A stretch of 64,000 nucleotides of DNA from an uncultured virus (IMG/VR IMGVR_UViG_3300043467_002020) (taxonomy: Duplodnaviria > Heunggongvirae > Uroviricota > Caudoviricetes): IMG/VR virus record IMGVR_UViG_3300043467_002020; one strand, written 5' to 3'. Positions 37,701 through 48,300 of the stretch are shown here, piece by piece. Numbering within the stretch: position 1 is the stretch's first letter; each line of letters opens with the position of its first letter. Both the position numbers and the translations under genes were made by a program. The notes under the pieces were generated by a model, which saw only the letters and a list, made by a program, of their open reading frames with translations, had not been told where the DNA came from and ran no database searches.

Positions 37701-40483
37701 AGACCCTTGTGAACATCCCTCCGGTAATGATTCCCGAACGAGAGACCCTTGAACTGCCGGCATTTGCTGTCAGCCCAGAACAAATTAAAAAAATAGCATC
37801 TCACAAAACTGTAAAAACAAATGTTAGACAAGGTGAAACAGGGCAAGATAATCAACTTGAAAAAATTGAAATACTCCCATCTCTCAACTCAAAAATGGTT
37901 CATGGCGTTTATGGTCAGCTCGAAATAGAAGGCGGTGGACCAACCAAGCCAGGAAAGGCGACTGGTCGCATATTCATAACCGGGGATGGTGTTGATACGG
38001 GTAGGCCAACAATTCTTCCAAATGGCGTTGAAAAACCAATTGAGGGTCGCAGGGGTAATGGCCGCTATCGCCGGGATATGGAAAAAATCATTGAGCGCCT
38101 CGGACTAGGAGAAAAAGTAAAATTAGGCAATGAATTAGCAACACAAAGAGCGGGAGCTCAAAGGCGTTCTCATGACGGTTTTATTATCGATGCTGGTTCT
38201 TTGGATGAAAACGCAAAAATACTTACACAGATTGCCTCTGAACTTCGTGAATCTGCACGGGAAGTTGGCGGTGACGTAGAAATAACTACAGCCCAACTCG
38301 CCAAGGGGCGTGAATCGCGTTTCGTGGTTTTGGCTGAAGACTTCATGAACCCATCCGAGGTAATGGTTGACAAGCCCCAAGGAGAGACGGCCGTCTCTTG
38401 GATGGAAGAAACAAACCTCGTCTACGTTGCCTTAACAAGAGCGCAAGAGATGATTGACCCAGGTTCTTCTGTATTTGAGAGTTATCTTGCCGATGGAGTC
38501 ACGGCCGACCAGCGAAGAGGAATAGAAGAGGCCGTCAAGCGTGGGGATATACCTGAAGAGATAAGTAAGGGCGCATTCGCTGATGGGAAAATAGCCCTCC
38601 CAGACAAGTACGACAAACTTAATCGAGGCATTACGCCAAGTAAAGACAAAGAAAATGAGCCAGTAGGAGAAATTGAAGTAGTTGAGGACGTAGAAGGACT
38701 CAATGAAGACGAGGTCGACATACCGGAATCGCCAGATGTAGAAATAGTTGAAAGCGAAGATGAAGCTGATTCAATCCTTGACAAGAGAGACGAAGAGCGC
38801 GTTCTTGATATCGGGGGCGAAGGTGACCCGGAAGACACAGGCCCCCCATCGATGAGTTTGTCAAGTGGAGCGGGTAGTGGCCCCAAAAATACACCAACTG
38901 GTCGCAGCGGCAGACTCAACAGAAGAGGGTCGTCGGGTGGAAGTAGAATTTACGATGGCAGCGGAAGCGCACAAGAAATTGCTGGCATTCGCTTTAGGGG
39001 TGACTTAAAGTCGCCAAAAGAGCAAGCCAAGTTGAATTTCTCAATGAACGTGTGGAAGCGTTTCCGTGACGTCGGAATAGCAATAGATGTGGACGACGAT
39101 GCATCAGAAACTGAAGCACGCAAATCTAAAAATACTGCAACAATAAAGTCCGTTGGTGCGGAGATGAAAAAGCGTCAAAACCTCGTTCGTGTCGGCAGAG
39201 TAGGCGACAATAACGTGAATGATGCTCCCTCGGCACTGACATGGATGCTGTCCGTGGACAAACTTGCTGAAACTCTAAGAGTTCCGACCGAATTTGTTTC
39301 CGCCAATAGGGACGGGAAGAGTTCGCTACAGTGGACTCAGACTCGCCCAGTTACACGCAAAGAGCTTGCAACACTTCTTGGCTTGAATGGTCCAGATACG
39401 GCAGCCCTGGAAGCGCCGGACGCCGGCATCAACCATGATGCTGTCAGACTGCTTATTGCCGAACTCGGCAAGCAACCAGAGCTGAGCGCATGGCGATACT
39501 TTTCCCCAGTTAGCGCCGAAGAAGTAGCAAAGATTATTCCGCCGTCACCCAGTGGTGATGTTGAAGGATTCTCAAAGATAGACCTCGCTATGGAGAATGT
39601 TGGTCGTGCAAATATGCGTGACAGGTTCATAATCGAGACCTTCGGCAAGGACGCGTTCCCTCATTGGTTTGACCCGGAAGAGGGCGAGTCCATAACGCCA
39701 GACGAATATAGCAAGCTTGGCGAAATTAGCGCAGTGTCCAAATTCCGCGCAACTGGTCGCTTTGACCCAGAGGACCCGACCAAGGGCGACTCAGAGGCAG
39801 AATATGACCTCTACGGAGAGCTGATTGATGGTGTTCTGCCTAGCACGGAACCAGATGGTGAGATAATTAGTGGAGATAAGACAAGCAGAGAAGATTTTGA
39901 ATTAGAGAAACTTCTGGAATATCTAGGAATAGATAGAAAAGAATGGAAAACAACTCTCAAAGAACGAATGTCTGCGGCTTTCGGAATGGATGCCGTCGGA
40001 GCCTGGGACGAATGGAAGAAAGACGGAATACCAACGGCCACGGTCGCTCACATGATTAGAACTGGACTAATACCTAACGCCGCTTCAGTTTGGAAAGACG
40101 CGTCCACGGGCGAACGATTTGACAACGAACTCAAGAAATCAAAATACGCCGTGTATGAAGCATTGAACGAATTTATTGACAAGAGTTTTCCTGATAGCAA
40201 GCTCAATAGCCAAGCCAGTCGAAACAAGATAACTGGAAAGACTGATATGGGTGTTGCGTTAAGAGATGCTGCGACGGCAAAAGGCTCAGCATGGTCTCCG
40301 AAAAAAGGAAACGAAGCAAGATTCTCTGACTCAGAATTGCAATCAATAGTTGACAGATTCAATGAAGTGTTCGGCACCAATCACACCATCGATGACATAT
40401 TTAGCGCCGAACAACTCAGAACTGCCGCAGAAAGAATTGAGTCTGGCGAAACCTTGTCTGGCAAAAAGAGAACAGTAAGTTAG
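31742..40483 (+). CDS. 2913-aa polyvalent protein: HK97-type prohead protease + Cys4 (HiPIP-like) module + ArdC-N/zincin metallopeptidase + UvrD-like SF1 helicase + unknown C-terminal domain
   Basis: protease 'DSVGDIV..GAF','H.WNDPIG','WSIGY','LYEVSPVLHGAN'; ArdC 'W..PW...NPTSGRIYQGTN','VFNVAEV'; HETVH 34721-34735 and 'YAFEELIAEIGS'; AGAGTGKT 35501, DEAQD 36701, VGDDRQ, QSFRYG, AKGRE, YVALTRA 38423. Confidence 0.9.
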   Translation: MPSELFEYKSSTLGHSDSINLDEAQGIVECFVAGIGNKDSVGDIVATGAFTKSLQRRKPRVVWGHSWNDPIGKVLEIYEVPNTDNRLPMKMKMAGIGGLFARVQFNLNSEKGREAFAMVAFFGEEQEWSIGYKTLRAQFDQKSQANIIYELELYEVSPVLHGANQLTGTISVKSEELSGGILMSMMNEEDPIDKAEIEKQLAAILGAKVSLMEVNDEEITFARRMDNGEVGRYKCGFSNNRGHYMFGAPRPIVVMPARKPIAPVSAMPMAMPGMPPNEPQRIVRPSQMPSIPVAIKPGENGNQIVPLPPVQYENDNGSRFDPNNLDQEEVDLRDALLKIVKRHGKFNEDSEGVWAAYTPAAQNEVAGIGVKCSNCVFYQGGSACKIIDMEVEPEGKCRFAVIPKGVVKGAGSKAYELDEEFAEEDYVADLEVKYPGELAIAGLRKVVGKRRKKRRSFKFLSEFGSKNEDFDDKPYLLPVVPQFAFQVKQILDPIFDYHGVDSFVDTNGIFMTSGVTYELIEAVDNAVANLKKKSLSENNLEWKAAGYRLGRAISGRLTDRPNIGGGRSAGRFFTSIGAEDFDPFTARDANLNGIVGEGLFLRGVPLAVTDPTPDGPGSIRNPKPSPRQVAKPNAAAISRAEIQVEKITKPKERQKLSSGSELVNLPRIDDPDVDSAEKYGAAESQRDELQGVLDGASDSDQIKKLKKAIAEIDKYMERVEKMAEGEMADTEKPKKKPVKKQVEKTSQGLSSGYGKYLNKPEAKRTGDEKAKYDGVLSSGTLNVGDEIPEDSPLVQEMYDEMTKQILDALLGLSLNPDSKTWQFPWRNPEAYARNPTSGRIYQGTNQMLLQLTASARGYQTSRWAGAGQWKKRGGKISAKDLSTKGVKVLVPQRGRESVDLNGNIVSGPKTYKVMEVFNVAEVKGLPEKFYALEDVEINKEQRLQDLETVIQEIGPAFVESKGSQAFYRPGTDKIHMPAFEQFKDALAFYGTAMHETVHWTSHPSRLDRKLGKTFGDEGYAFEELIAEIGSAFAMGSMGLEPVIREDHILYLNAWMKKLQSDPTAIHRAILQAQQANDYLLNRSATMRRLAGIPDDERKGKIDTWLEVPNIAGYEDSPLIPPSRPISGFIEDMLDLDQFDENPDAQMARLMIPNPDGELSRDEKIIRASEFIGDVGKKSRDGSVIGADGLSSGKVTGPIKGAKDGVPEVKRSDRSISYRRVFKLKVEPTAEQRDILDLVINLVRNKDPKVLSVLAGAGTGKTTSLKNVSWVLEREFNVPSKGEERVEHLKYLTDRYGVSFDGMNDAAINDAVKELAEKYKMGDMYYAVFGVKNQLEAEVQFPGNTGIATTSKIWYYSLTLGQGDKKFGKNLRRKIQAGILERDGEKRFGKKKNPKFISAEKTPDEPPMIPYDFSGVTFDGDTVTVSGKRPGFKELGWQRLDDGADWVDFLKLKERSDKITFTRGDVELEGFKLPNGAEVTVEEFGDLFNKAMRRWTLSVDEKTSKKMFLMSELEKEGLESAKGQKKIARGEISPVDATFAEQEIPDEWIGMLQGAVDKMLDGDSNLLLHRDAGPKVWMLTDPDLRTDPGLVGHAGTSSIKNKTIPKSYEVGGTYEIDGEEWIVTSVKPNKGNTQMAKLSKKFATKDKPLAAFFVDEAQDSNPIIEKVLLDNRKNLPIIVVGDDRQGVFAFNDAKNILSSLEPDYELEITQSFRYGSNVAHLGNLVLALQNLYLTKQGVKQPPWKHVKGEAQGVVYKNFDDLLPEKNRVLKDLPELSEAERREKILFIENTYSTPDRKIDIADLPRKEQDKALLALRDELVLPKAGVIVDAAEEIKKGNLPSMILTRSNRQIINEAQGFLMQFLLSPKGKDKNGNSIMPEIVIPAKKHTQMAAFAEHLLYIMLPEASKKEYDKKRNGRPPESSIIGPVWNIGQLKRKVNQSQYSQLTTLFRLTQQPDPNDPSGLPLGAKGLLRLLNGTSRYVTDDKGKKTLVNIPPVMIPERETLELPAFAVSPEQIKKIASHKTVKTNVRQGETGQDNQLEKIEILPSLNSKMVHGVYGQLEIEGGGPTKPGKATGRIFITGDGVDTGRPTILPNGVEKPIEGRRGNGRYRRDMEKIIERLGLGEKVKLGNELATQRAGAQRRSHDGFIIDAGSLDENAKILTQIASELRESAREVGGDVEITTAQLAKGRESRFVVLAEDFMNPSEVMVDKPQGETAVSWMEETNLVYVALTRAQEMIDPGSSVFESYLADGVTADQRRGIEEAVKRGDIPEEISKGAFADGKIALPDKYDKLNRGITPSKDKENEPVGEIEVVEDVEGLNEDEVDIPESPDVEIVESEDEADSILDKRDEERVLDIGGEGDPEDTGPPSMSLSSGAGSGPKNTPTGRSGRLNRRGSSGGSRIYDGSGSAQEIAGIRFRGDLKSPKEQAKLNFSMNVWKRFRDVGIAIDVDDDASETEARKSKNTATIKSVGAEMKKRQNLVRVGRVGDNNVNDAPSALTWMLSVDKLAETLRVPTEFVSANRDGKSSLQWTQTRPVTRKELATLLGLNGPDTAALEAPDAGINHDAVRLLIAELGKQPELSAWRYFSPVSAEEVAKIIPPSPSGDVEGFSKIDLAMENVGRANMRDRFIIETFGKDAFPHWFDPEEGESITPDEYSKLGEISAVSKFRATGRFDPEDPTKGDSEAEYDLYGELIDGVLPSTEPDGEIISGDKTSREDFELEKLLEYLGIDRKEWKTTLKERMSAAFGMDAVGAWDEWKKDGIPTATVAHMIRTGLIPNAASVWKDASTGERFDNELKKSKYAVYEALNEFIDKSFPDSKLNSQASRNKITGKTDMGVALRDAATAKGSAWSPKKGNEARFSDSELQSIVDRFNEVFGTNHTIDDIFSAEQLRTAAERIESGETLSGKKRTVS

Positions 40484-40613
40484 AGATGCCAAAAAATCAA
40501 AGAGAAGTATTGGGTGTTCCTAATTCACTCACGTATAGCGTGATAGGTTATAATTTAAATACATTATTGGTTAATGGTCTACCCGGTCATTTCCCTGCAC
40601 TAACGGGAGCTGT

Positions 40614-42329
40614 ATGAAATACGACGAAAAAGTTACGCTAAGCATTGACGGTGGCGGCAATGTTCTTAAGTGCGCAAAAGGCGCTGTCGCAGATTGCGGC
40701 TTCGTCAAGGGCGCAGAACTATGTGCCAAGTGCGGAGCTATGCCCGTAGAAATGAAGATGGTGCCCGCTGTTGCTGAACCAGAAGCGGACGAGGAGATGG
40801 ATGAGGAAGAGTTACTGAATCCCACCTCTGCTTCCGTCAAGAAAAAAGGCAATAATAAAAAGCCTGGACATGTACTTATGGAAATGGCCAATGAAGACGA
40901 TGAACCAGACATGACGGAGGAAGAAATGGCCGCCGTTATGCCGAAGAAGAAGGGCATGGTCGCGCCCATGGAGCTCGAAGAGGACGAAGAAGACGAAAAA
41001 ATGATGTATGCAATGCCTAAGAAGAAAAAAGGCATGGGCATGGCCGTCCCAGCAATGGATGACGAAGAAGACGTCATGGAAGAAGACGACGAAGACGAAG
41101 AATATAAGCAGATGATGCGGATGCGCCGCGCCGGCCGAAAGAACATGGAAGGCGCTATGCCAGTCATGGATGGCGAAGAAGACGACGAGGAGCTCGAGGA
41201 AGAAGAAGTCGAAGAAGAGCTCGAAGAGGACGAAGAAGTAAAGATGAACGGCCGTCGACACATCAAGGGTCGCCGAAAGAACATGGAAGGCGCCATGCCA
41301 GCTATGGATGGCGAAGAAGAAGACGACGACGAGGATGAAGAAGAGGAAGATGAAGAGTACGCAGAAATGGGTGCCAAGTCTTTCTCCCCGCTTCATACTG
41401 AGTGGGAAGAGATTCGTCGCGCTCGTATTGGGTCCATGGGACTGAAGGTCGCCGATATTGGTGCGACAGGCTATGTGTGCGCTATTGAGCGCAAGGCCTA
41501 TGGTGGCTCTTCGCCAGTTTGCGATGACTGCCCAGGAGGCTGCGTTGCCGAAAAAGGCATGCCAGGAATTCTTCATGTTGAAGGTCTCGCTGAGAAAATG
41601 TTTGATGGCGTAGTCGTTGATTCTGGTTATTCACCAGATGCCGATATGTTCGTTGTGGATGTACAGGTAAAAGATGGTTCCGTAAACGAAGTTTTTGTTG
41701 ATGGTACCTCTGCGGAAATTCTTGGTTTCCACAAACTCGACATGACAGAATTCGATAAGAAATCAGACATCGGTAGTTTCAGATTAATTGACTTTACAGA
41801 AGCTGCTGAAATTGCCGTTAAATCAATTGATGGAACAGTAGTAGCGATTGAGCCCGATATATTTGAGGGATTTGATTCGTATGCTGTTGAAATAGAAGGC
41901 TTTGATGGCAAGTCGTACGACGTATTCGTGGCATTGGATGGAGAAGTCCTCGGCTACGACAAGTATGAATCCGATGAGATTGAAGGAATTGAAGCCGAAG
42001 CGGCAGAAATTGCGATGAAAAATGCGTTCTCGGAAGAGAGGCGCATGGACTTGGCAAAAGATGGCATGGCCATGGAAGACGGGTCTTACCCAATTGTCTC
42101 TGAAGGTGATTTGCGTAATGCAATTCAAGCATTTGGTCGAGCAAAAGACAAAGAGGCAACCAAGAAGCACATTATGAAACGTGCTCGCGCCCTCAAGTTA
42201 GAGAGCTTGATTCCAGCAAACTGGATAGCCGGTGGAGAAGAGAAAAGCAGCAGTAATTTGAGTGACGCAGAATTCATGGCGTCTCTTGTCGAGTTTCAGC
42301 TGCTCGAAGACTCCGTAGACGACAACTAA
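40614..42329 (+). CDS. head-associated (scaffold-like) protein: Cys-rich N-terminus, acidic Met-rich repeats, two PepSY-like domains, actinophage head C-terminal domain
   Basis: 'FTEAAEIAVKSIDGTVVAIE...YAVEI...YDVFVALDGEVL' PepSY pattern; 'DGSYPI...DLRNAIQAFGRAKD...KKHIMKRARAL...IP..W'. Confidence 0.65.
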   Translation: MKYDEKVTLSIDGGGNVLKCAKGAVADCGFVKGAELCAKCGAMPVEMKMVPAVAEPEADEEMDEEELLNPTSASVKKKGNNKKPGHVLMEMANEDDEPDMTEEEMAAVMPKKKGMVAPMELEEDEEDEKMMYAMPKKKKGMGMAVPAMDDEEDVMEEDDEDEEYKQMMRMRRAGRKNMEGAMPVMDGEEDDEELEEEEVEEELEEDEEVKMNGRRHIKGRRKNMEGAMPAMDGEEEDDDEDEEEEDEEYAEMGAKSFSPLHTEWEEIRRARIGSMGLKVADIGATGYVCAIERKAYGGSSPVCDDCPGGCVAEKGMPGILHVEGLAEKMFDGVVVDSGYSPDADMFVVDVQVKDGSVNEVFVDGTSAEILGFHKLDMTEFDKKSDIGSFRLIDFTEAAEIAVKSIDGTVVAIEPDIFEGFDSYAVEIEGFDGKSYDVFVALDGEVLGYDKYESDEIEGIEAEAAEIAMKNAFSEERRMDLAKDGMAMEDGSYPIVSEGDLRNAIQAFGRAKDKEATKKHIMKRARALKLESLIPANWIAGGEEKSSSNLSDAEFMASLVEFQLLEDSVDDN

Positions 42330-42342
42330 GAGGGGGCGCCAC

Positions 42343-45300
42343 GTGGCGAATACCCCAGCAATGCGGGAAAGAGTAATAGTTTCAGCACAACTCATGGTGC
42401 CGTCTTCGTGCTGCGGCGACTTCAATGAAAAGGCAGTTCTTTTCAGGCAGTCCATTAACTCGTCTCTGTCAACTGGAAAACTTCAGGCCGAGCTTGTCAC
42501 AAAAACTATTACAGAAGGTTTTGGCATACGCGTAAAAGCCGATGTCGATACCGACGGGAAAAAACGAGAATTCACCGGAGACAGTCGACCTGGTGTCGAA
42601 TCCAATGAATTTGGATATAGATGGGAAACGGGAGGAAAGTGGGAACCCGGTTCGAGGCTTGTCTTGAGCCCTCCTTTTCAATCTCGCGAGGGAATGGGCA
42701 CAGAGCCCAACTTCGGCTGGTTGCCGCCGGAAGATAAGTCAACGACAACATTTGAAGAAATGCTTCGGGCCTATAGGGAAAAGCCAAAAATAAAGTTAAG
42801 CAAATACAAGGTAAATCCAAGGACAGATGAGGTCATACCTGATTCTGAAAAAATAATTGACCCATTTGGGATGGCGGCAGGGCTTACCTACGAAGAAAAA
42901 CAACAAGCCTTACGAAAAAATGAAAAAAACACCCTAGAAGAAAAAAGGTTACCGGGCCGTAGTCTTGAATCTAGAGTTCCAGGAGGCTCGCTCCTTTCGC
43001 GAGCTGCAGCCGTGTTTGGCATCCTTCGTGACGAAAACAATAAATTTAGATGTCCTCCGGGAACGCCTGCAGCAAATCAATTTACAGACGCCACTGGAGC
43101 GAACTGTTTTGGATTTAGTGCATCAAAATTCTCTCGCTTTGCAGCGCGTAAGGCGGCCGAGCTCACTGCCCAAGGCGAATATACGGGATTGCGCCAAAAC
43201 GCGGCAGACTTCTTCAGATGGATACATGGCCCCAGGTCGATGAGAGACCCTGCCATTGCGGAAAAGTGCGCCTACTGGGGAGTCAAAATACCGGAATGGC
43301 GAAACATTGCCGTCCCAGAGAATCTACGTTTATTTAAAAACGGAGCCATTCGCGGTCAGGATGATATCGCCCGTCAAAAGGCCGAAGTTGTTCGTATGTA
43401 CGACGCATTGGGGATTGACGCCGACGACCCAGATGCTCCAGTTAAGGCGCTTAAAAAACTAAAAGAAATGCATTCGCAAACCGGCGGCACTGCTGGATGG
43501 GATGTACAAGTTCTTGATGTGTCCGGAAAAGGGGACGAGCTATTAACAGATGTAGAAATAAAAGAATTTGTAAAAACAAGACTCTCATCTACACCTGGCT
43601 GGAACAGACTCTCTAGTAAAGAACAAGAAAGACTATTGAAGTCTGATTTTGAGCGATACAAAACCACCCAGAGAGCAATGCTTGAAACCTTGCTTGACCA
43701 ATTCATGACAGACCCAGGCAGCATGCGGGGGGTTGGTCGAATTGAATTCAACTTCATGACAGATGATGAAGCTGGCACGTCCTTCTATAGAACGCAAAAT
43801 GGGATGAAAACGGCAATACACATCAACATGGGGATGATTAGTGCCAATCAAGAAACCATGCTTCCAAACATGGGCGGAGACGAGCGTTTAGCAATATCCG
43901 CCATTGGTGCTAGAAGCGAAGCAGAAGGACGACTTGCGGTTGCTGATTTCATGGTAAATGCAGACCATACGGCCAGAGGCATGGCCGGCCTCCTTGATGG
44001 CGTGTATGGATTTTCAAGTCATATCATGCTCCATGAAATAGCTCACCACAAACAATCTCAAGTATTCCTGGACAAAATACAGAAAGAAATTACAGAAAAA
44101 GGTTTCATTTCCGTTGCGGTCAGAAATAAAAAAGGAGCTGTTGTTGGCGAGCGTGAAGTTAAGAACATTAATAGCCTGACAGGCTCCGACCTTATGTCAA
44201 TAATGACTGGCATTGCTGACTCAATCAATATTGAATCGCTAAATGACGCAATGACCAGAATCCAGGCAATTGCTCCATTGGCTGGGGCATACCCGCGTGA
44301 TGGATACGCTGTAGGTTCGGAAGTATGGGCGCTGGAAGCATCTGCCGAGATTTGGGCACTACGCGAACGCGGAATTATCTTTGGCGACGATGTTGACGCT
44401 GCTCTTGAGTGGATGGACAACATGTCCTTCTCTGTGGCGGCAAGAGACCGAACGGCAAGTGATGACACAGATGGTCAGAGAAAATTAGATGACGTATTTG
44501 ATATTCCCGCGGACCCCGTTGACCCAGGTTCAGTATCAGATGAAGACATTGATGCGCGAGCCACCGCAGCAATTCGTGAAGAAATCAAGAGATTCAAAAC
44601 GGAATTCTCCAAATTTTCAGAAGATGAAATGTTTGAAGAAGCAGCAATCATTGGCTCTCAGCGTGACGTTAGTGCCAGACAAGTCGAATCACTAGAGGCA
44701 ATAGAGATAGACCCGTCACTTCCTGAGGATGAGCGCGACGCCAGAGAGCTACTCAAGGCTCAAGCGGTAAAGGACGCCAAGAGAGAGTTTGATTTTCACA
44801 CAAAACGATACGACGAGGCGTCAAAAATTTGGCGCAAGAAGTTCGGCATAGGCGCTAGTGGTGAAAAAAAGAGATTTGAAGATGAGGTGTACTCTATCCG
44901 TAAGCGGGAGGGCCTGCTCGATTCTAAAGAAATGGCAGATATTGCTCGCAGGGCCGACCTCGATGATTTGCGCGACAGAGTTAAGTCAATGCCCGAAAAG
45001 AAAACTATCAGCCTCTTGGTTGACGACAAGGTAAAGCTCTCAAAGCTCGACCCCTCATCTGAAGAATTCAAGAAATTGGCCGATGAGATTGAAGTCATTA
45101 GAGAACAGTACGTAGAGAACATGAAGGCCGCAGGAGATACGCGGACTAAAGCGCAAATCAAAAAAGACCTTGATAAAAAAGTTAATGACACCATAAATCC
45201 ACCATCAAAGCCTAAAAAGAAATTCAAGAGCGCTGACGAAGCTCGCAAGCACGGCGCTAAAGAGCGCGCTCGAGTAAAGGCAACGCCCGAACAGAAAAAG

Positions 45301-48300
45301 GCCATGAAGGAGCTCGGAGATGTGGCGGAATCAGATGTAGGGATGCTTCTTGACCCGGTTTCGCAAACAAGAGCCGGCCGAGCAATAAATAAGCGCAACG
45401 CACGCCTCAAAAAGCTCGGCCTAAAGGTAGATAAAACATCTTCTGAAGAAGGAGATGTCGTTCAGCAGGTAGAAAATCTACTCATACCGACGATGGAGGC
45501 AATCGATGGGACGTCGGTAGGCGAACCATTTGAGATGGAAGCAATAATTGACTTCAAACCAGGTGATGTTGGCTACCAAAGAAGTCAGGGCAAAGAAGTC
45601 AGCCTGGACCAGTTTATCTCCGGAAGGGTCATAACAAGCAGAACCAAAAAGACGGAAATGCCGGCACGCGGAAAGCGTGACCCCAAGTCCGGAACAACCA
45701 AGCGTCGCGTTATCCTTTCCGTGCGCGAAAAAGACCGCGGACTATTCCCGACTACGGGAGGGGATTCGGAGCAGAAATTCGTTGCTCCGCCAGGCAGGAT
45801 AAGAATTACCAATATAGACAACGACGGAACTATCCGTGCAGAAATTTCATATCAAAAAGATACCGTAGAAGTCGTCGACTCATTGGCAGAAAATCTCTCC
45901 AAGAACACGACAGACGCAATTTGGGCTAGAAGTCACGGCAAAAAAATCCAAGCCATGGCGGACAAGTATGTTACCAAGCGACGCTCGTCTGGAAAGGCGG
46001 GCCCTGGACCACGAAGTGATTCTGACGAGTCTGCCAGCACCAAGAGTAAGGCAACTTTAGATAAGGTCACTGATGCCGGTGGCTCATTTGCCGACTACGA
46101 TGATGCTCCCGCCGGGCCAAGCCTCTCCTCTGGAGCCACCAGGCCCGATGGAGTACTAGGGAAGCCATCTACGCGTCAGCAAAGAACAGAGTCGCGTACA
46201 GCAGCAAGCTCCTCGATTATCAGAAACATAAAAGACGTACTAGGCGGTGGCGGGAAAGATGGAACCATCTCTCGTGGAGACATCCATCCAGAGGTGGCGA
46301 AATTTATAGCCGACACGCCAGAAGAAGAAATCATAGCCAAGGCAGCTGAAACCGCCTACAGGATGCATGAGGGTTTCGATAGAAGAGTGCGTGTTAGAGC
46401 AACAGATTCAGACATAGACAAACTCGCATCAGGCGCTGGTGTGCGTTCCCCATTTTCTGGGTCATCAGCGGATAGTTCTCGTCCAACAAGAAGAGCGCAG
46501 AGACTTGCACAAATGGGACCAGAAGAACGTTCCGAAAGACTTTCTTCAGGCAGAACGATAGATACAAGCGGGAACCTGGCCGAACGCAGGCGTCAAGAAG
46601 GGGACATCGCAAAAAAGGCTTTGGACGTTTTCAACGATGTCATCGATAGCGGCACAAATATCAACGACATGTCTGATGATGAGATATCCAAGAAGTTTGG
46701 CGGAGTAGTAAAGCGTTCTGCTAGAAGTTCGATTAGCGAGAAGGACTCAAATCTCTACGAAGTTGATGATGTCCATACAGCCGTAGCAATGATGATGCTT
46801 GGACACCATGTGGAAGTTAAAGAACAGGACATACGTCTAACTGAACAAGCACAGAAGGTCTTTGAAAAAGAAGTTAAAAAAGTTGCAAAAAATCACATAA
46901 AAGACAATCATCCAAAATGGCGCTCATTCCAAGAAGACTACGCAAAGAGAAATCCAGACGCAGACCTAGATGACCCCGAGACACGTAAATCCATGGAGGG
47001 GGAGTATGTCGGGAATTATCAGGCCGACCTATGCTCCCTATACAACCCTGCCAACAACCTCATGTGTTCAGGGCATATTGGTATTGACAGAGAAAAAATG
47101 CCTCAGACCAATGGGCGCTCATCTGGCCACAAGACCAAGGCAATCCGCGCACTAAAGAATGGCGTTGCGGCAGGCAAATGGGAACCACTAAAGGACGCCA
47201 ACGATAACTCGCTCGTGTCCAGAGACAGGGGACTTGAAATAGAGTTTGCAGACGAACTGGACAAGGCAGTAAAAAAACAAAATGCTAAACGCGCAGAACA
47301 AGGCAAGCCCCCGGTATCTGATGAAGAAATATCTGGAATCCTGTACGGAATCATCGCCGATAAGCACTCATTAAAGAACGAAATGGGCGGAAAGACGGCG
47401 GCGGAGCACAGGGAAGATTCTTTTTCTAAACTTTCAGATAGAGCGAAAGAGTGGCTTTATGAAAATACTAACTGGAATGACACTGAGGTAAACCTTGAAA
47501 CACCATTCATTGATTGGCTGAATGGGCTAATTAAGGTTTCGGACCCAGAAAATGGTCCTGCAGTTAGACGTCGCGATGTTGACCCAAGCGAGTATGCGCC
47601 TTCACAGCAACAAATAGTGGCAAGCAAGGCAGACGGAACCGCTCAAACAATTCAAGAAAAAGCAATTGAAGTAGCAGAAAAAATAAGAAAAGATAATCCC
47701 AAGATATCTGACAAAGATTTCAGAGATAAATATTTAGAAGAAATGAAAAAAGAATGGTTTATGCAACCAATTCTTACAACAAAAGACTCGTACATTCTTG
47801 ACGGACACCACAGATGGGCTGGAATAGTCGTCGGGAATAGGTCTTTATCAGAAGAGCTTCAACTGCCACTCTCAGCAAACGAAGTACAAACAGACATTAT
47901 CGAAGGATTGACTCTAGGTAAGGTTTTCCAAGATGCATTTGGAATCAAGGAAGCTCGCCTAGGGGCAGAAAATCCATGGGAAGTCGGCGAAATTGAGGAT
48001 ATGAGCGCTGCCGAGTTTGCCGACATCGCCAAGGACTTGACAGATAATGCCCCAAGCTTAATCGACGCAAAATACGAACAAGGGGATTACATCCAACTTG
48101 GCTCAGTGGGTCTCACAAACAATCCAGATTATGCAGCAAGGTCCAAGGAAAGGCAAGCTACTGCCGCTCGGGATGAAACTAGAAAAATAGCCAGCGATGT
48201 TGTTGGAAAGATTCGCGCGCGCGGCAAGCCCCTGCACGAGTACACCCCCGAAGAGCTAAAAGAAGATTTTGGTGACTCGATAAAGCCAAGCGACCTGAAG

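Noticed and set aside
35530..38270. Possible intein in the large helicase insertions
   Set aside because: No C/S...HN-[CST] splice junctions or LAGLIDADG motifs recognised.
40571..41377. 268-aa poly-Ser ORF on the minus strand
   Set aside because: Antisense shadow of GAA/GAC-rich acidic codons of the 571-aa gene.
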